The translations under genes were made by a program, and so were the position numbers. A stretch of 62,753 bases of DNA, the filler included, from Asterionella formosa (Eukaryota): assembly GCA_002256025.1 (NCBI GenBank). It is 6 parts of 6 records of this genome, joined end to end, with 100 filler letters (N's around TTAATTAATTAA, not from the genome) between each part and the next. Parts side by side here need not be neighbours in the genome. Positions count along the whole stretch, not along the records: positions 61,048 to 62,753 come from NKIB01001434.1; 5 more parts are not named here. One strand, written 5' to 3'. The notes under the pieces are model-generated. The model was given only the letters and a program-made list of their open reading frames with translations. It was not told the origin of the DNA and did no database searches. Positions within the stretch are counted from its first letter, which is position 1. Every line of letters begins with the position of its first letter. Shown piece after piece: positions 61,050 to 62,753 of the stretch.

Positions 61050-62753
61050 GCTGAAATGTCTGCACTTTCCCTCAAGAAGGCTTCCTCACTTTCTGGAATG
61101 GGACAATCCTCTAGAAGCAAGCTAAAGGCGCTGAAGGTCAAGTATGCGAAGGAAAGGAATATAAGTGGTATTTCTTCTGCTGCAACTGGGACCGAAGCGT
61201 TTCCGTCCACCACGACATCAACTACGACGATCAAAGAAAACGAACCGCTGCAACCCATGAAAGACAACGACGATGACAAAGAGAAACCAGAACAACAGGA
61301 AAGCGAGCAAGAAGAGATGGGCGAGCAAGTCGACAACGACGAACAGGAGGTCGAGGAAGGACTGGAAGTCCAGGAAGGACAGGAAGTGAACGAACTACAA
61401 GACGACGAAGTGCCAGCATTCAAAACGGAAATAGCAAATGAAGGAGACCATAGTATGCCCGATAAGGAAGAAGAATTGCCTCAAGACTACACAAGTATGG
61501 ACAGCTCAGTTACATCCTATCGCACTGGCTTGAGCAACAGTGTTCATCGTGTTCCTGGTGCTGGTGCTGAGTTGGCTGACCCAAAGACACATGACATGGA
61601 CAAATGGCACGAATTGTTGGTGAAGCGCAAGGCACGTTTCCAGTCACATGGTGCGAAAGCAGGGACCTTTTCTAGAGTTTTCAAACTCAAGGGGGTGAAA
61701 CATCCTGAACTCGACAAACCCGCGGTGCCCGGATCAACTACGATCATGCTTGCGAACACCCCTGGGACTCAAGAGTTTAATGAAAAGAGAAAGCGTACTC
61801 TAGATCGAATTGAAATTTATAGGAAGAAACGCGAGGGATCGTTCTTGCGAAGAACGAAACCAATGACGATCGAGATGCAGAAGGAGCTGCTAATGAAAAA
61901 GAATTTCCCGTTTAAGGTTGAACCCTCGAAACCGTCGTTTGTGCGAAAACAAGGAGAAAAGTTACCCATTATCAAGCACATTTTCACGATGTCCACAGAA
62001 GAAGAACTTATTCTTGATGCTTCCCTCTCGTTTGTGATCGGGTTGAGGCATGGCATTTTCATGTCAAACGAACCCTTAAGTGAAAAAAAGAAGACAGCGT
62101 TTAAAAGGTGGCTTGATCTCCTAAGCGTTGGCCTACCTCCTGAGTGGGGACTACATACTCTCATTGATGACCTGAGTCAGAATATCGATTATGTTTCTAG
62201 CAAGGATACTATTCTCTATCAAGTCCTTGACAAGCACCCTCTTCCTCGAAAAAAGTGGAGCAAGTCGTGCGAGAACACTGGAACTGGCGGATTTTCATGC
62301 GGAATGTGGAAGCTCCTCCACACTATGACCATCGGCATGGCCGAGCACCGCGGTGGTCGCAACCTCATCGATGCTAAAGTCGTCGATTCAACTTCTCCTG
62401 TGTTCTCTCCCGCTGACGCTGCAGACATTATCCGAGAATATATTGCTCACTTCTTTGGATGCAAGGATTGCCGCGATCATTTTCTTGCACAATATGATCA
62501 GTGCTCGTTTCGACGATGTGATCGTCTGACCGATGACGCAAACACTGCCGATGCAGAAGACTGGAAGCAACTAGCTCTTTGGTTGTGGGAAGTGCATAAT
62601 GATGTTAGTGTTCGTGTGTCCACCCAGAAAGTCAGTCGTGTTATGAAGAAACAAAAGTCATTGCTGCAAAACGGCGACACGATACCCGTTATGTCGAAGG
62701 AGGATGAAATCCAAGCCCTCTGGCCGACGATTGAAGGATGCTTGGCCTGCTTC
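61050..62753 (+). CDS. Partial QSOX/Erv1-Alr sulfhydryl oxidase, truncated at both ends
   Basis: Open frame, missing from the ORF track, with WSKSC...GFSCGMWKLLH, FFGCKDCRDHF, LWLWEVHNDVSVR and WPT..GCLAC. Confidence 0.88.

Overview
Eukaryotic nuclear DNA, most likely from a diatom. This rests on a DUF6824 protein, a CoDi-type Ty1/copia fragment, ASAF-like bipartite plastid presequences and short GT-AG introns. The window is not one locus. It is six pieces (27727, 27697, 1708, 1708, 1707 and 1706 bp) joined by identical artificial N44-TTAATTAATTAA-N44 linkers, so adjacency across linkers means nothing. Contig 1 carries the 3' end of a COG4337/iota-type carbonic anhydrase, a DUF6824 protein, Rab5, V-ATPase c'', a Hook protein, a C2-like/alpha-beta hydrolase fusion and BIO3-BIO1, plus decayed DD39D mariner, tyrosine-recombinase and DDE transposon remnants. 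Contig 2 carries a putative plastid protein with 36-aa His/acidic repeats, a CoA-binding protein, RBBP6/Mpe1, a metallophosphoesterase, a PP2C-cNMP-binding fusion, Nudix, TerC, MUB, an unknown membrane protein, and a head-to-head pair of a small Cys/His protein and a LarE-like sulfur insertase. The short contigs hold an RT-deleted copia, a degenerate repeat, a coiled-coil gene and a partial QSOX/Erv gene. Most notable: the eukaryotic 3-Cys LarE with its small Cys-rich neighbour, the plastid repeat protein, TACCAGGTA/TACCGGTA palindrome clusters at gene 5' ends, the cNMP-PP2C, and a Rab5/V-ATPase/Hook neighbourhood. All family calls come from motif recognition by eye; no database searches were run.
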